Positions 39,752 to 50,524 are shown, counted from the first letter of the stretch. The stretch: DNA of 64,000 bases from Candidatus Bipolaricaulota bacterium (GCA_035528115.1 DATKZF010000002.1:69751-133750); one strand, 5' to 3'. Numbers and translations are program-made. The notes: generated by a model from the letters alone, not told the origin.

Positions 39752-40396
39752 ATGTCAGGAAAATTCATTGTCTTTGAAGGCGGAGAAGGCACGGGAAAAA
39801 CCACGCAAATCAAACTTTTGGAAGAACAATTGAAAAACGCGGGCTATCAAACTCTTTTAACCAGAGAACCCGGCGGAACGGATTGTCCGATCGCGGAAAA
39901 AATCAGAACACTGCTTAAAGACCCGGCCAATAAAGAAATGATGCCTGAGACCGAATTATTTTTGTTTTGCGCGTCGCGCGCTCAGCATGTCAAACAAATC
40001 ATCAGACCGAAAATGGATCAAGGAACGATCGTTATTTGCGACAGATTTCAAGGCTCCTCTTTCGCCTATCAGCATTTCGGCAGAGGCCTGTTCGATTTGA
40101 ATAAAGTCAAAGAAATAAACGGCTTTGCCACGGGCGGCCTGAATCCCGATCTGACCATACTTTTGGACATTGACCCGAAAATCGGTTTGGCCAGAGTGGA
40201 AAACGGCCAAGATAGAAATAATTTAAAAGACGACCGCTTTGACGCGGAGAAAATCGAATTTCACGAAAAAGTCAGGCAAGGTTATTTGTCTTTGGCGAAA
40301 ACCGAAGTCAATTGGGTAGTCATTGACGCGGATGATACGATTGAAAATATTCAGAATAAGATTTGGCAAGAGATTAAGAAAATTCTAATGGTATAA
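39752..40396 (+). CDS. tmk: thymidylate kinase
   Basis: FEGGEGTGKTT, TREPGG, CDRF..SS.AYQ. Confidence 0.97.
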   Translation: MSGKFIVFEGGEGTGKTTQIKLLEEQLKNAGYQTLLTREPGGTDCPIAEKIRTLLKDPANKEMMPETELFLFCASRAQHVKQIIRPKMDQGTIVICDRFQGSSFAYQHFGRGLFDLNKVKEINGFATGGLNPDLTILLDIDPKIGLARVENGQDRNNLKDDRFDAEKIEFHEKVRQGYLSLAKTEVNWVVIDADDTIENIQNKIWQEIKKILMV

Positions 40397-40407
40397 ACAA
40401 CAATATT

Positions 40408-40542
40408 TTGTCATTTCGACCCCTCGGCCATGCTCGGGGCAGGCTGGAGAGAGCGAAGTGAACGGAATGGAGAAATCTTATTAAAGCCGCCGCTTATGCT
40501 TCCACTGCTATTTTGTGGATTCCCGCTTTCGCGGGAATGACA
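40408..40542. repeat. REP-like miniature elements
   Basis: TGTCATTTCGACC...GGAGAAATCT and TGGATTCCCGCTTTCGCGGGAATGACA. Confidence 0.75.
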
Positions 40543-40597
40543 ATCGTCGCGGCGGATCCTCATTCGTAATTATTTGTAATATGTAATTATTCGTAAT

Positions 40598-42136
40598 ATG
40601 AAATATACTCCAATAATCGGCCTCGAATTTCACATTCAGCTGAATACTCGCAGCAAAATGTTTTGCGATTGCGATAATTTGAACGAAGATGATTTGCCGA
40701 ACACGGCCATCTGCCCGATCTGTCTGGGCCAGCCGGGAGCCTTGCCGACTTTGAACAAAAAAGCGATTGAATCCGCGGTCAAACTCGGTTTGGCGCTGAA
40801 TTGCGAAATAGCTTCATTCACCAAATTCGATCGCAAAAATTATTTTTACCCTGATCTGCCCAAAGGTTATCAAATCTCGCAATTTGATTTGCCGATTTGC
40901 TCGGAAGGAAATTTTATAATCAATGCGGGCGCCAAAGACGGCCTGGCCGGCAGACTGGACAAAGAAGAAGAATTGAAAAGAATCAGAATCGTGCGCGCGC
41001 ACATGGAAGAAGACACGGCAAAAATGATTCATTCGAAGGAAGAGTCAAAATCGCTTTTGGATTTCAATCGCAGCGGTTCGCCTTTGCTGGAAATAGTCAC
41101 CTATCCGGATTTTCGAAATCCGAGCGAAGCCAAGACCTTTGGCCAAGAATTGCAACTGCTGGTGCGGGAACTGGGAATTTCAGACGCTGACATGGAAAAA
41201 GGGCATCTTCGCTGCGACGCCAATATTTCGCTATTGCCTGAAAACGACACGGAATTAAATCCCAAAACCGAAATCAAAAACATCAATTCGTTCAAATCGC
41301 TGGAAAAGGCGCTGGAATTTGAAATCAACAGACAGACCTTGCTTTGGGAAAAAGGCGAAGCGCCCAAAGAGCAAGCGACTCGCGGCTGGAACGATAAAAT
41401 TCAAGAGACGGTGGAGCAACGCTCCAAAGAAGGCGCGAAAGATTACCGCTATTTTCCGGAGCCGGATATTCCTCCGCTGACCATTGGCAAAGAATACGTG
41501 GCGGAAATAAAAGCGCTCTTGCCCGAATTGCCGCAAGCCAAGCGCCGACGATTCATGGAAGAATACGGCTTTCCCGGCGAAGCCGCTAAAATTTTAACTT
41601 CAAACAAACAAATCGATGACTTTACCGAGCGAGCGATTTCAGAGCTGAGCGAATGGGTGTCCACTCTCGAAGAGGTCGAAGGGTCAAAAGAAGAAATCTG
41701 GGAAAATTCGAAAAAGAAATTGATTAAAACTTTAAGCGACCGGCTAATCAACGGACTTTTGCCGATATTGGAAAAAGAAAATATTGATTTGTCCGAAAGC
41801 AAAATCAATCCTGAAAACTTCGCTGAATTGATTACCATGATTTTTGAAAGAAAAGTAAACAGCGCGGCCGCCGATAAAATATTGGAAGCCATGGTAAAAA
41901 CCGGCATTGGCCCGTCGCAGGCCGTTGTGGAATTGAATTTGGAACAAGTGTCCGATGACGAAACCATTGAAGCCGTGGTTGATTCGGTGATCAAACAATG
42001 TCCGGATCAAGTGGCCGAATACAAATCAGGCAAGGAGCCGATAATAAAATATTTATTGGGCCAAGTCATGAAACAATCCGGCGGCAAGGTTGAGCCGAAA
42101 AAGGCGGAAGAAATTTTAAAAAACAAATTGAAATAA
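40598..42136 (+). CDS. gatB: Asp/Glu-tRNA amidotransferase subunit B
   Basis: IGLEFH.QL, FDRKNYFYPDLPKGYQISQ, DYRYFPEPD. Confidence 0.98.
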   Translation: MKYTPIIGLEFHIQLNTRSKMFCDCDNLNEDDLPNTAICPICLGQPGALPTLNKKAIESAVKLGLALNCEIASFTKFDRKNYFYPDLPKGYQISQFDLPICSEGNFIINAGAKDGLAGRLDKEEELKRIRIVRAHMEEDTAKMIHSKEESKSLLDFNRSGSPLLEIVTYPDFRNPSEAKTFGQELQLLVRELGISDADMEKGHLRCDANISLLPENDTELNPKTEIKNINSFKSLEKALEFEINRQTLLWEKGEAPKEQATRGWNDKIQETVEQRSKEGAKDYRYFPEPDIPPLTIGKEYVAEIKALLPELPQAKRRRFMEEYGFPGEAAKILTSNKQIDDFTERAISELSEWVSTLEEVEGSKEEIWENSKKKLIKTLSDRLINGLLPILEKENIDLSESKINPENFAELITMIFERKVNSAAADKILEAMVKTGIGPSQAVVELNLEQVSDDETIEAVVDSVIKQCPDQVAEYKSGKEPIIKYLLGQVMKQSGGKVEPKKAEEILKNKLK

Positions 42137-42223
42137 ACGCGCGGCAACGGACGAATGTCCGTCGTAGAGACGCGCCGCGGCGCGTCTCTACACGGCGGCG
42201 AAATCGCCGCCGGCCGCGCGTTT
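42135..42223. repeat. GC-rich cloverleaf of palindromes after gatB
   Basis: Outer stem AAACGCGCGGC/GCCGCGCGTTT; perfect 28-bp palindrome at 42164-42191; two further hairpins. Confidence 0.8.
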
Positions 42224-42298
42224 TTATTTTTTAAAATAGAAGAACGCCGTCTGGATTGACCAAACGGCGCTCAAGAACTGCAGGAGGCGCCCACTCCC

Positions 42299-43012
42299 CT
42301 AGTACGGGTAGCAGGCGCCATCGTTGTCGCAGTACGTGCCGGTCGGACAGTCGTTGTCCGATCCGCAGGTGGCAGGCCGAGGCTCGGGCGCGCTCTGGTA
42401 ACAGAGCCCGTCCGAGGAGCAGAAGGTTCCGACCGGACAGTCGCTGGCCGACTGGCAGCCGGTCCGCGTGAGCGGGACACAGCTACCATCCGCGGCGCAG
42501 AAGTTGCCGACCGGGCAGTCGTAGTCCGAGATGCAACCGGCCTGCATCGCATAGCAGGCACCGTCAGCACCGCAGTAGAAACCGATATGACAGTCGGCAT
42601 CCACGCGGCAGCCTCCGACCGGACCGTCTTCGACCACGACCGCGACTTGCGAGACGCTGCAATAGCCGTCCCAGTCGCAGAACATGTCGGACCGGCAGTC
42701 CCAGTCGCTGGCACAGGGGTACAACCACTCACAGTAGTTGACCCCCGGGACAGCCATCGGCTGACAGTACATGTTGAACGGACAATCATCGTCCGTCCAA
42801 CAACCACCGTCTGTCGCGACCGCCTCGTCCACGTAGCCGGGCTCGCCGATGCAGGTGTTTCCCACATCGGTGCCGGTGCAGACCGTCCCGTACGGACAGT
42901 CGTAGTCGCTGTAGCACTGATCGTCGATCGGCTCGTGGTAGCCGACCGAGCCGAAGCAGCCGTTGAAGAAAGCGCACAGGACGCACAACGCCGCAAACAT
43001 CATGCTTTTCAT
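42299..43012 (-). CDS. high-GC Cys-rich repeat putative lipoprotein
   Basis: Signal ending FNGC; about 7 C-x2-D-x-DC-x5-C repeats. Confidence 0.8.
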   Translation of the reverse strand: MKSMMFAALCVLCAFFNGCFGSVGYHEPIDDQCYSDYDCPYGTVCTGTDVGNTCIGEPGYVDEAVATDGGCWTDDDCPFNMYCQPMAVPGVNYCEWLYPCASDWDCRSDMFCDWDGYCSVSQVAVVVEDGPVGGCRVDADCHIGFYCGADGACYAMQAGCISDYDCPVGNFCAADGSCVPLTRTGCQSASDCPVGTFCSSDGLCYQSAPEPRPATCGSDNDCPTGTYCDNDGACYPY

Positions 43013-43196
43013 GATCTCTCCCCTTTTCTTTTCCCGCCTTGGCGGGATTTTGAAGTTCTTGCAATTCCAGTAAATCATTATATTATATCATATTTAATCA
43101 AAAAAGTCAATGATTGTAGTCTTTTTTTATCTAATTTTGGATAAAAAAAGCGAAATGCAAACATTCCGCAAACAAATAGAAATGGATAATGTATTA

Positions 43197-44117
43197 TCAG
43201 CTTAAAAACGCGTTAATAAGCGGTTTGGCGTCCTTTGGTCCATTGACCCATTTAATTGATTTATCGCGCAAAAACCAAGTATTTTGGCGCTTGGCGTAGT
43301 GTCTGGTGTTGATCTTAAGATCCTCTTTGGCTTTGGCCAGATCCGTTCTGCCTTGAATGAATTCGCAGACTTCCTGATAGCCGATGGTGTTCTTCATAAT
43401 CGGCAAATCGCAAGTATAACCGCTCTTATTAAGCTCCTTTATTTCTTCGACCAAACCCTGCGCAAACATCTCATCCACTCGATGATTTATTTTTTCATAC
43501 AATTCTTCCTTGTCGACTTTCACTCCCAAAGTCAAAAATTTATATTTTTTAGAAACACCGCGTTGCTGAAATTCGGAAAACTTCTTGCCCGAGCTCATGA
43601 CCACTTCAAGCGCTCTGATCACTCGGCGCGGATTTTTCAAATCAATCAATTCCTCGGCTTCGGGGTCGAGCTTCAATAATTTTTCAACCAAATATTCAAG
43701 TCCTTTTTTTTCAAATTTTTTATTGAGCTTGTCTCTTAATTTTTGCGAGGACGCGGGCGCCAATGAAAATCCTTGCGTCAGCGCTGAAATATAAAGTCCG
43801 GTGCCGCCGACAATGATCGGCGTTTGATCCGGATTCTCGGCGATAATGCGATCAACTTCGGACAACCAATCGGCTACGGTAAAATCGTTTTTCGGATCGA
43901 TTATGTCAACCAAATATTCGGCAATGCCGTTGACATAAAAGACGCCATCCTTCCATTCTCCTTGGTCTTTATTGGTGCCGATATTCATGTGTTTATAAAT
44001 TTGGCGAGAATCCGCGGCAATCAAAAAACCGTCATGCTCTTTGGCGATTTGCAGAGCAAGACCAGATTTGCCCGAGCCTGTCGGACCGCAGATGATAATT
44101 ATCTTTCTTTTCTTCAT
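43197..44117 (-). CDS. miaA: tRNA dimethylallyltransferase
   Basis: GPTGSGKS, DSRQIY, VGGTGLY, YAKRQ.TWF. Confidence 0.97.
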   Translation of the reverse strand: MKKRKIIIICGPTGSGKSGLALQIAKEHDGFLIAADSRQIYKHMNIGTNKDQGEWKDGVFYVNGIAEYLVDIIDPKNDFTVADWLSEVDRIIAENPDQTPIIVGGTGLYISALTQGFSLAPASSQKLRDKLNKKFEKKGLEYLVEKLLKLDPEAEELIDLKNPRRVIRALEVVMSSGKKFSEFQQRGVSKKYKFLTLGVKVDKEELYEKINHRVDEMFAQGLVEEIKELNKSGYTCDLPIMKNTIGYQEVCEFIQGRTDLAKAKEDLKINTRHYAKRQNTWFLRDKSIKWVNGPKDAKPLINAFLS

Positions 44118-44208
44118 AAAATTCTAAATTCTAATACCTAAATCCGAAACAAATTCCAATTTCCAAAATCCCAAATTCTAATATTGACGATTCGAACCAA
44201 ACAAGCCC

Positions 44209-44323
44209 GTGGGGGTCTGGGGGAAAATGCTGAGCCGTGGCGAGATCATTAACATTTAATCGACGCTTTGCGAATCATTTTCCCCCAGCGCTTTTTGCCC
44301 ACTTTTTGGCGCCAAAAAGTGGG
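44209..44323. repeat. palindromic intergenic element
   Basis: CTGGGGGAAAATG/CATTTTCCCCCAG stem; CCCACTTTTTGGCGCCAAAAAGTGGG palindrome. Confidence 0.7.
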
Positions 44324-44364
44324 TCGGCGATGCCCCAAATGGGCAAGCCGAAACCAAGCCTTTC

Positions 44365-45645
44365 TTAAACAACCCCTCCTATCAAAATCCACTCCTTCGC
44401 CTCTTTGACTTTAACATCAATGATTTTTCCCAGCAAATCTTTGTCGCTTTCAATTCTGACTCTTTTCATTTCCAAACTATTACCTTCCCAAATATTTTCA
44501 GCCACTTTCTTATCAATCAAAACCGAAACGGTTTTGCCCAAATATTTCTGATTGTTTTCCAAGGAATATTTCACGTTCAATTTTTGCAATTCTTCCCAGC
44601 GCGATTTTTTTTCTTCGCGGGAAACATCATCGGGCAATTTAGCGGCGGCCGTGCCCGGTCGCGGAGAAAACCGCGCGAGATAGGCTATATCAAATTTCAC
44701 CTTGTCATATAAATCAATCGTATCCTGAAAATCTTTTTGCGTTTCACCCGAAAAACCGACGATGATATCAGTGGCCAGCGCGATATCCGGCTTTACCTGC
44801 CTGACTTTTTCAATAATTTTCAAATAATCTTCAACGGTGTATTTTCTATTCATGCTTTTTAAAATTTCATTCGAACCGGATTGAACCGCCAGATGCAAAA
44901 AATTCATTTGCTTTGGCAAAGTCAAAGCGTTAATCAAATCATCGGACATGTCTTTGGGATGGCTGGCCGTAAAATTGATTCTCTTCAAACCGTCGAGCTT
45001 GTTTAATTCCCACAACAATTTGGCGAAATTATTTTCATAAGGATTTTCAACGGAAAAGGAATCCAAATCCTCCGGCTTGTATGAATTCACGTTTTGGCCG
45101 AGCAAAGTGATTTCTTGACCGCCGCTCGCAATGAAACTTTTTATTTGCGAAATCAAATCTTTAACCCGCGCGCTTTCTTCCCTGCCTCGAGTCAGCGGCA
45201 CCACGCAGTAAGAACAAAAATTATCGCAGCCGGTCATAATCGGGATAAACGCCTGAAAAGAAGATTCATATTTAGGCGCGACTTTCAAATAATCTTTGGG
45301 TAAAGTTTCCTTTTCAAATAAAAACTTTTCCAGCTGCCATAAATTTTTAATATTGAAAATAAAATCGAACTTGTTTTCGAATTTTTTTCTGTCCGATTCG
45401 GCCACGCAACCCGTTAAAATAGTCATGGCTCCTTTTTTTCTGTTTTCCTGCCATAGACGCGCTTTGCCGAAAACCCTGTCCACGCCTTTTTGCCTGACCG
45501 AGCAGGAGACAATCAATAAAATGTCGGCTTTATTTTCATCTTCAATCTCAACATAGCCTGATTTTCGCAAAACCGCGGCAATTCTCTCAGCGTCCGATTT
45601 ATTCATCTGACAACCGAAAACGACAATTTTATAAGATTTATCCAT
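44365..45645 (-). CDS. miaB: tRNA methylthiotransferase
   Basis: GCQMN..D, CSVR, radical SAM CDNFCSYC, TRAM domain; next to miaA. Confidence 0.95.
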   Translation of the reverse strand: MDKSYKIVVFGCQMNKSDAERIAAVLRKSGYVEIEDENKADILLIVSCSVRQKGVDRVFGKARLWQENRKKGAMTILTGCVAESDRKKFENKFDFIFNIKNLWQLEKFLFEKETLPKDYLKVAPKYESSFQAFIPIMTGCDNFCSYCVVPLTRGREESARVKDLISQIKSFIASGGQEITLLGQNVNSYKPEDLDSFSVENPYENNFAKLLWELNKLDGLKRINFTASHPKDMSDDLINALTLPKQMNFLHLAVQSGSNEILKSMNRKYTVEDYLKIIEKVRQVKPDIALATDIIVGFSGETQKDFQDTIDLYDKVKFDIAYLARFSPRPGTAAAKLPDDVSREEKKSRWEELQKLNVKYSLENNQKYLGKTVSVLIDKKVAENIWEGNSLEMKRVRIESDKDLLGKIIDVKVKEAKEWILIGGVV

Positions 45646-45707
45646 AAAGCATTGACAAATAAATAAAACATGTTAAGATAACAAACCTATTGCAAGGAGG
45701 AGTCACC

Positions 45708-46094
45708 ATGACCGAACCCCGGATCCCTGCGATCATTAGAGCTTGGCTCCGGGCCAATCCGGCCATGGCTGAGCTCATCGATGAGTACGTAGCAAAAAGG
45801 CGCATCAGTGAAATCGGCAAAGCGCTCCTGCTCGAACATTTGGTTCCGCTGATCCAAGCAAAGCCTTTTAACAACACTGAATGCTCGCTGTCATTTCGAC
45901 AGTATACGGCAGAACAAGCGAACTTTCAAGAGCTTATCGGACAATTGCCGGCCGAGAGGCAAGGATTGATCTTTACCATAGGGGTCAGATTCACGGCGGA
46001 TGTTCGCGAAAAGATTAAAGACGAAAACGAACGCCGCTGGCTGAAAGCCTTATTTTCCGGCCTGGCCATGGCGGCGTCGCCGATCGAAACATAA
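45708..46094 (+). CDS. hypothetical protein
   Basis: TTGACA promoter at 45652, AAGGAGG SD. Confidence 0.7.
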   Translation: MTEPRIPAIIRAWLRANPAMAELIDEYVAKRRISEIGKALLLEHLVPLIQAKPFNNTECSLSFRQYTAEQANFQELIGQLPAERQGLIFTIGVRFTADVREKIKDENERRWLKALFSGLAMAASPIET

Positions 46095-46132
46095 AAGAGA
46101 GCTCATAAACTCTCTTTTTCAAATACTTTATT

Positions 46133-47416
46133 TTATGCGGCCAGTCTGACAGTCATGCCCACTTCGGTCAAATCATCAATTTTTGTATCAGCTTCTCCAT
46201 CCTCTTTCTTTCTATCCTCAGCTTCTTTGAATTCTCTTGAAAGCTGGCTATTGATTACTTTAAAATCAACCGAATTTTTTATGCTTTGCTCCAATTCTTT
46301 TCGCGTTCTATTATCAGACAAACCATCGGAAGCTGCAAAAACCATGTCTCCGTCTTCGAGCGTTATCCAGGCCAAATCCAAATCTTCTTTTTTATAATTT
46401 TTATTGCCAACGCCTCTATCAACCATGCTTCTCATTTTTTTATAAACATCCACCAAATCTTCCGAATCTACATTTTTAAATTCTCCGGCCACGCGAGATG
46501 CGTCCTCAACCGTTTCGCACGCTGACAATTTTTTAATCGCTTTGCTCATCGTCTCAGCTCCGATTTGATCGAATTTGGCGCCCAGCACTCCTCTGCCCAA
46601 AGCAATGGCATAATTGGACAATTTATTCGGGTCATCGGTTTCAGCCACCACCTTCAACGCGTTATGATCTCGGCTGACTTGCTCCAGCCGGCCATCTTTT
46701 CTTCTCACGTAAATGGGACTGTCGCCCAGCCAGCCGGCGCAGGCCATAAGCTTGCCCGGAGCGGATTCAACGACTTTCACGAACGAAACCGTAGTTGACG
46801 AACCCGGCGCGTTCTTTAGCACCAAATCATTAATGCCCTCTTTTTTATTTTCACTAACTTTGTCTCCGCTAAAAATTTTTCTCAAATTAGCTTCATATTT
46901 TTTGCGATCGCCGTCGAATTCAGCCAAAAGCAATTCCTTATACAAGGCTTCGGACGCGATCCTGCTGGCGAGCTCCCCTTTTTGTCTGCCTCCCATACCA
47001 TCACACACTCCAAGCAATCCGGCCTCCGGATCAAAAAAGGCCGTGTCTTGATTAAACATATGTTTATCGTCGGGGGCTTTTTCTTTGGTAAAGCCGAAAC
47101 ATGACGCTTCAAATGTCCCGTTGCCTTCAACATTAATAATTCCGGACTTTTCCACAAATTTATTTTCCGGCAAGGCCGGGTAAGCGTATTGTTCGTTCAA
47201 TTTTCTGTTGGCGTCCATTCTGACCTGTTTTTCTATTTCTTCTTGCGGCAGAGGCGGCATCTCCACGGCTTCGACCATCTCAGGCTCTATTTCTTCATAA
47301 ATGTCTTCGTCTCCCAAAGCGATCTCCTCTTCGGCCAAATCGCCGACTTTCGGCGACTTTGGCATTTGCGGGATCGGCAAATGAGGTTTGTTGATGCCCG
47401 GCATTTCAAAAGTCAT
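46133..47416 (-). CDS. PP2C-family protein phosphatase
   Basis: NQD, VCDGMGG, GDS, SRDH, ASDGL, DD. Confidence 0.88.
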   Translation of the reverse strand: MTFEMPGINKPHLPIPQMPKSPKVGDLAEEEIALGDEDIYEEIEPEMVEAVEMPPLPQEEIEKQVRMDANRKLNEQYAYPALPENKFVEKSGIINVEGNGTFEASCFGFTKEKAPDDKHMFNQDTAFFDPEAGLLGVCDGMGGRQKGELASRIASEALYKELLLAEFDGDRKKYEANLRKIFSGDKVSENKKEGINDLVLKNAPGSSTTVSFVKVVESAPGKLMACAGWLGDSPIYVRRKDGRLEQVSRDHNALKVVAETDDPNKLSNYAIALGRGVLGAKFDQIGAETMSKAIKKLSACETVEDASRVAGEFKNVDSEDLVDVYKKMRSMVDRGVGNKNYKKEDLDLAWITLEDGDMVFAASDGLSDNRTRKELEQSIKNSVDFKVINSQLSREFKEAEDRKKEDGEADTKIDDLTEVGMTVRLAA

Positions 47417-47532
47417 ATTTTTTCAATTAATAATCAATGTTCAAATTATATCAAAAAGCGACTTATTCGACAATTTCTCAACTTTCAAAAATCCAAAAAG
47501 AGTGCTAAACTGAATTTTAGAATACCAACAAT

Positions 47533-47931
47533 ATGCTAGCCTCAATTCACCAAATTTTCGAAAATTTCAAAGCCAGCCCGGCCAGAAAAAACAAGCTGAT
47601 AATCATTTGCTCGATTATCGGACTTTTGATCAATCTGGGCATCTGGGCTCTTTTGTTATTTAAATTTCGACCTATCGCTCTGGCCAATCCGGAAAAATTA
47701 TCCTTGCCGCTTCATTACAATATTTATTGGGGCATTGATCTTTACGGACAATGGTATCAGAGTTTGTACGTTCCGGCCTTGGGCTTGGGAATTTTAATAG
47801 TCAATTTCATTTTGGCCATTTATTTTTACAGCAAAAAAATCATGGTCAGTTATTTTTTCTCTTTCGCCACTTTGCTGACTCAATCATTCCTGGCCATCGC
47901 GACACTATTAACAATTTTAATAAATATCTAA
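47533..47931 (+). CDS. 3-TM membrane protein
   Basis: PLHYNIYWGID; upstream of mraY. Confidence 0.75.
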   Translation: MLASIHQIFENFKASPARKNKLIIICSIIGLLINLGIWALLLFKFRPIALANPEKLSLPLHYNIYWGIDLYGQWYQSLYVPALGLGILIVNFILAIYFYSKKIMVSYFFSFATLLTQSFLAIATLLTILINI

Positions 47932-47932
47932 T

Positions 47933-48982
47933 ATGGAAACAGCTCTCGTTTTTAAAATCGCTTTACTTGCCACTTTGGCTTTCGTCTTCGCCATTGCCTG
48001 GACGCCGGCGCTGACTCATTTTTTGTATAAATACAAATTGGGCAAGCAAATCAGGGACAGCAAAGAAACGCCAATTTTCTCAAAACTACACAAAGAAAAA
48101 GCGGGCACGCCGACCATGGGCGGCATTATCATTTGGTTGTCCGTTTTAATCATCGCGGTTGTCTTTTTCTTATTGGCGGCGTTCACCAACATTGAAATCT
48201 TCCAAAAATTAAACTTTTTAACCAGAGCGCAAACTCTTTTACCTCTCGGCGTCTTGATCATCAGCGCGCTCATCGGATTGGTCGACGATTATTTGGGCGT
48301 TCGAAAAATCGGGCCGCACGGCGGCGGCCTGAGCATGGGCATGCGGCTCGGTGTTTATTTCATTATCGCCTTGATCGGCGCGTTTTGGTTTTATTTCAAA
48401 CTGGACTGGGATGTTTTTCACGTGCCTTTTATCGGCAATTTCAATATCGGCTGGTGGTATATACCGGTTTTCATCTTCGTCATCGTGGCCACTTCTTTTT
48501 CCATCAATGAAACCGACGGCCTCGACGGCTTGGCCGGCGGAACATTGGTCACCGCCTTCGCGGCTTTCGGCGCCATCGCTTTCACTCAGGGCAAATTCGA
48601 GCTGGCCACTTTTTGCGGAGTAATAGTGGGCGCGCTTTTGGCTTTTTTATGGTTCAATATCAATCCGGCCAGATTTTTCATGGGCGATACCGGAGCCATG
48701 GCGCTAGGCGTCACTTTGGGCGTAGTGGCCATGCTGACCAATACCGCGCTGTTGCTTTTAATCATCTGTCTGATTCCCGTTTTGGAATCCTTATCGGTCA
48801 TCATTCAATTAACTTCTAAAAAGATCCGCAAGAAAAAAGTCTTTCTCTCCGCTCCCATTCACCATCACTTTCAAGCGCTGGGCTGGTCCGAACCGAAAAT
48901 CGTCATGCGCTTCTGGTTGATCTCCGGAGTGGCCGCGGTCATCGGAGTAATCATATCGTTGATGGATCAGGGGTGGTATTGA
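47933..48982 (+). CDS. mraY: phospho-MurNAc-pentapeptide transferase
   Basis: KAGTPTMGG, DD, TDGLDGLA, FMGDTG, APIHHHF. Confidence 0.97.
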   Translation: METALVFKIALLATLAFVFAIAWTPALTHFLYKYKLGKQIRDSKETPIFSKLHKEKAGTPTMGGIIIWLSVLIIAVVFFLLAAFTNIEIFQKLNFLTRAQTLLPLGVLIISALIGLVDDYLGVRKIGPHGGGLSMGMRLGVYFIIALIGAFWFYFKLDWDVFHVPFIGNFNIGWWYIPVFIFVIVATSFSINETDGLDGLAGGTLVTAFAAFGAIAFTQGKFELATFCGVIVGALLAFLWFNINPARFFMGDTGAMALGVTLGVVAMLTNTALLLLIICLIPVLESLSVIIQLTSKKIRKKKVFLSAPIHHHFQALGWSEPKIVMRFWLISGVAAVIGVIISLMDQGWY

Positions 48983-49101
48983 TCATGGATCACATAACAC
49001 GTAGCAATGAAACAATGGAGCAATTTTTTCTCCAACCCCAATTTCTAGTTTCCAGTTTCTATTTTCCCATTCCGCATTACTTTTTACTCATTACTTAACT
49101 T

Positions 49102-50523
49102 ATGGAATTCCCGAATTTTAAAGGCAAAAAAGTCACGGTCATGGGCCTCGGCTTATTGGGGCGCGGCTTGCTTGATACCAAATTTTTCGTAAAACATGGC
49201 GCCATTGTCACGGTTACGGATTTGAAAACGGAAGAAGAATTGGCCTCGTCATTGAAAGAATTAGCCGGTCTGCCCATCAAATACACGCTGGGCAAACACG
49301 TCGATGAGGATTTTACGAGCGCGGATTTGATTTTAAGAAACGCGGACGTGCCGGCAAACTCGCCTTTTTTGAAAGTCGCAATAGACGCGGGCGTCGAAAT
49401 AGAAATGGATGAATCGCTATTCGCCAAATATTGCCCCTGCCCGATTATCGGCATTACCGGCACTCGAGGAAAAACAACCACCGCGACTTTGATCGCCGAG
49501 ATTTTAAAATTAACGGGAAAAAAAGTTTTTCTGGCCGGAAACATCATGGGCAAAGCGACTTTGCCGCTAATCGATGAGGCGACGGAAGATGATCTGGTCG
49601 TTTTGGAATTATCGAGCTGGCAGCTGCAAGGTTTCGGCGCGGACAAAATCAGCCCGCAAATCGCCATGGTCACCAATATTTATCCGGATCATCTCAATCG
49701 CTACGCAAACATGGCAGAATACATTGAAGACAAAAAAAATATTTACAAATACCAGCGCCAAACCGACTGCTTGATTTTGAACGCCAAAAACGAAGAGACG
49801 AAAAAAATGGCCGATGAGACCCAAGCGCAAATCATTTGGTTTGACGATGAATCAGTGCGGCCGGACTGGGATTTGAAACTGCTCGGAGTTCACAACAAAG
49901 AAAACGTGGGCGCGGCTTTGAAAGTCGCGGAAATTTTCGAACTCGACATAAAAAAAGTCCGCGAAGTTTGCGAAAATTTCAAAGGAGTGGAAAACAGATT
50001 GGAAAAAATCGCCAAAATAGACGGAGTCACCTTCGTCAATGACACCACCAGCACCACGCCCGTGGCCGGCCAAGCGGCTTTGAAGGCCTACCAAGATTTT
50101 CCGATCATTCTGATTGCGGGCGGCGCGGATAAAAAACTGGATTTATCGGATCTGGCCAAAGACATCGCGGAAAACGTCAAAGCTTGCTTTCTTTTGGAAG
50201 GAACGGCCACGGCCGAACTTAAAAAACAAATTGAGGCATTTGGCGGAGACGATGTCGCCGGAATTTACGACAACATGGATAAAGCGGTGGCCGACGCGTT
50301 TGAATCAAGCGAGGTCGGCGACGTTATCTTGCTTTCTCCGAGTCTGGCCAGCTTCGGCCTGTTTAAAAACGAATTCGATCGCGGCGATAAATTCCGCCAA
50401 GCCGTGAATAAACTAAAAAGTTTGGAAGCCGGCAGAGGCGAACAACAAATAGAAACTCAATTCGGCGAAGTATCGCCTAAACTGGAAGACGCTGAGGAAA
50501 AAAACTTGGACCAAATAAGATAA
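49102..50523 (+). CDS. murD: UDP-MurNAc-L-Ala--D-Glu ligase
   Basis: GITGTRGKTT, LELSSWQL, DHLNRY, LSP..ASF..F.N...RG. Confidence 0.95.
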   Translation: MEFPNFKGKKVTVMGLGLLGRGLLDTKFFVKHGAIVTVTDLKTEEELASSLKELAGLPIKYTLGKHVDEDFTSADLILRNADVPANSPFLKVAIDAGVEIEMDESLFAKYCPCPIIGITGTRGKTTTATLIAEILKLTGKKVFLAGNIMGKATLPLIDEATEDDLVVLELSSWQLQGFGADKISPQIAMVTNIYPDHLNRYANMAEYIEDKKNIYKYQRQTDCLILNAKNEETKKMADETQAQIIWFDDESVRPDWDLKLLGVHNKENVGAALKVAEIFELDIKKVREVCENFKGVENRLEKIAKIDGVTFVNDTTSTTPVAGQAALKAYQDFPIILIAGGADKKLDLSDLAKDIAENVKACFLLEGTATAELKKQIEAFGGDDVAGIYDNMDKAVADAFESSEVGDVILLSPSLASFGLFKNEFDRGDKFRQAVNKLKSLEAGRGEQQIETQFGEVSPKLEDAEEKNLDQIR

Positions 50524-50524
50524 A

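Noticed and set aside
42135-42223. tRNA gene
   Set aside because: Cloverleaf-like, but no T-loop or D-loop consensus, anticodon loop or CCA.
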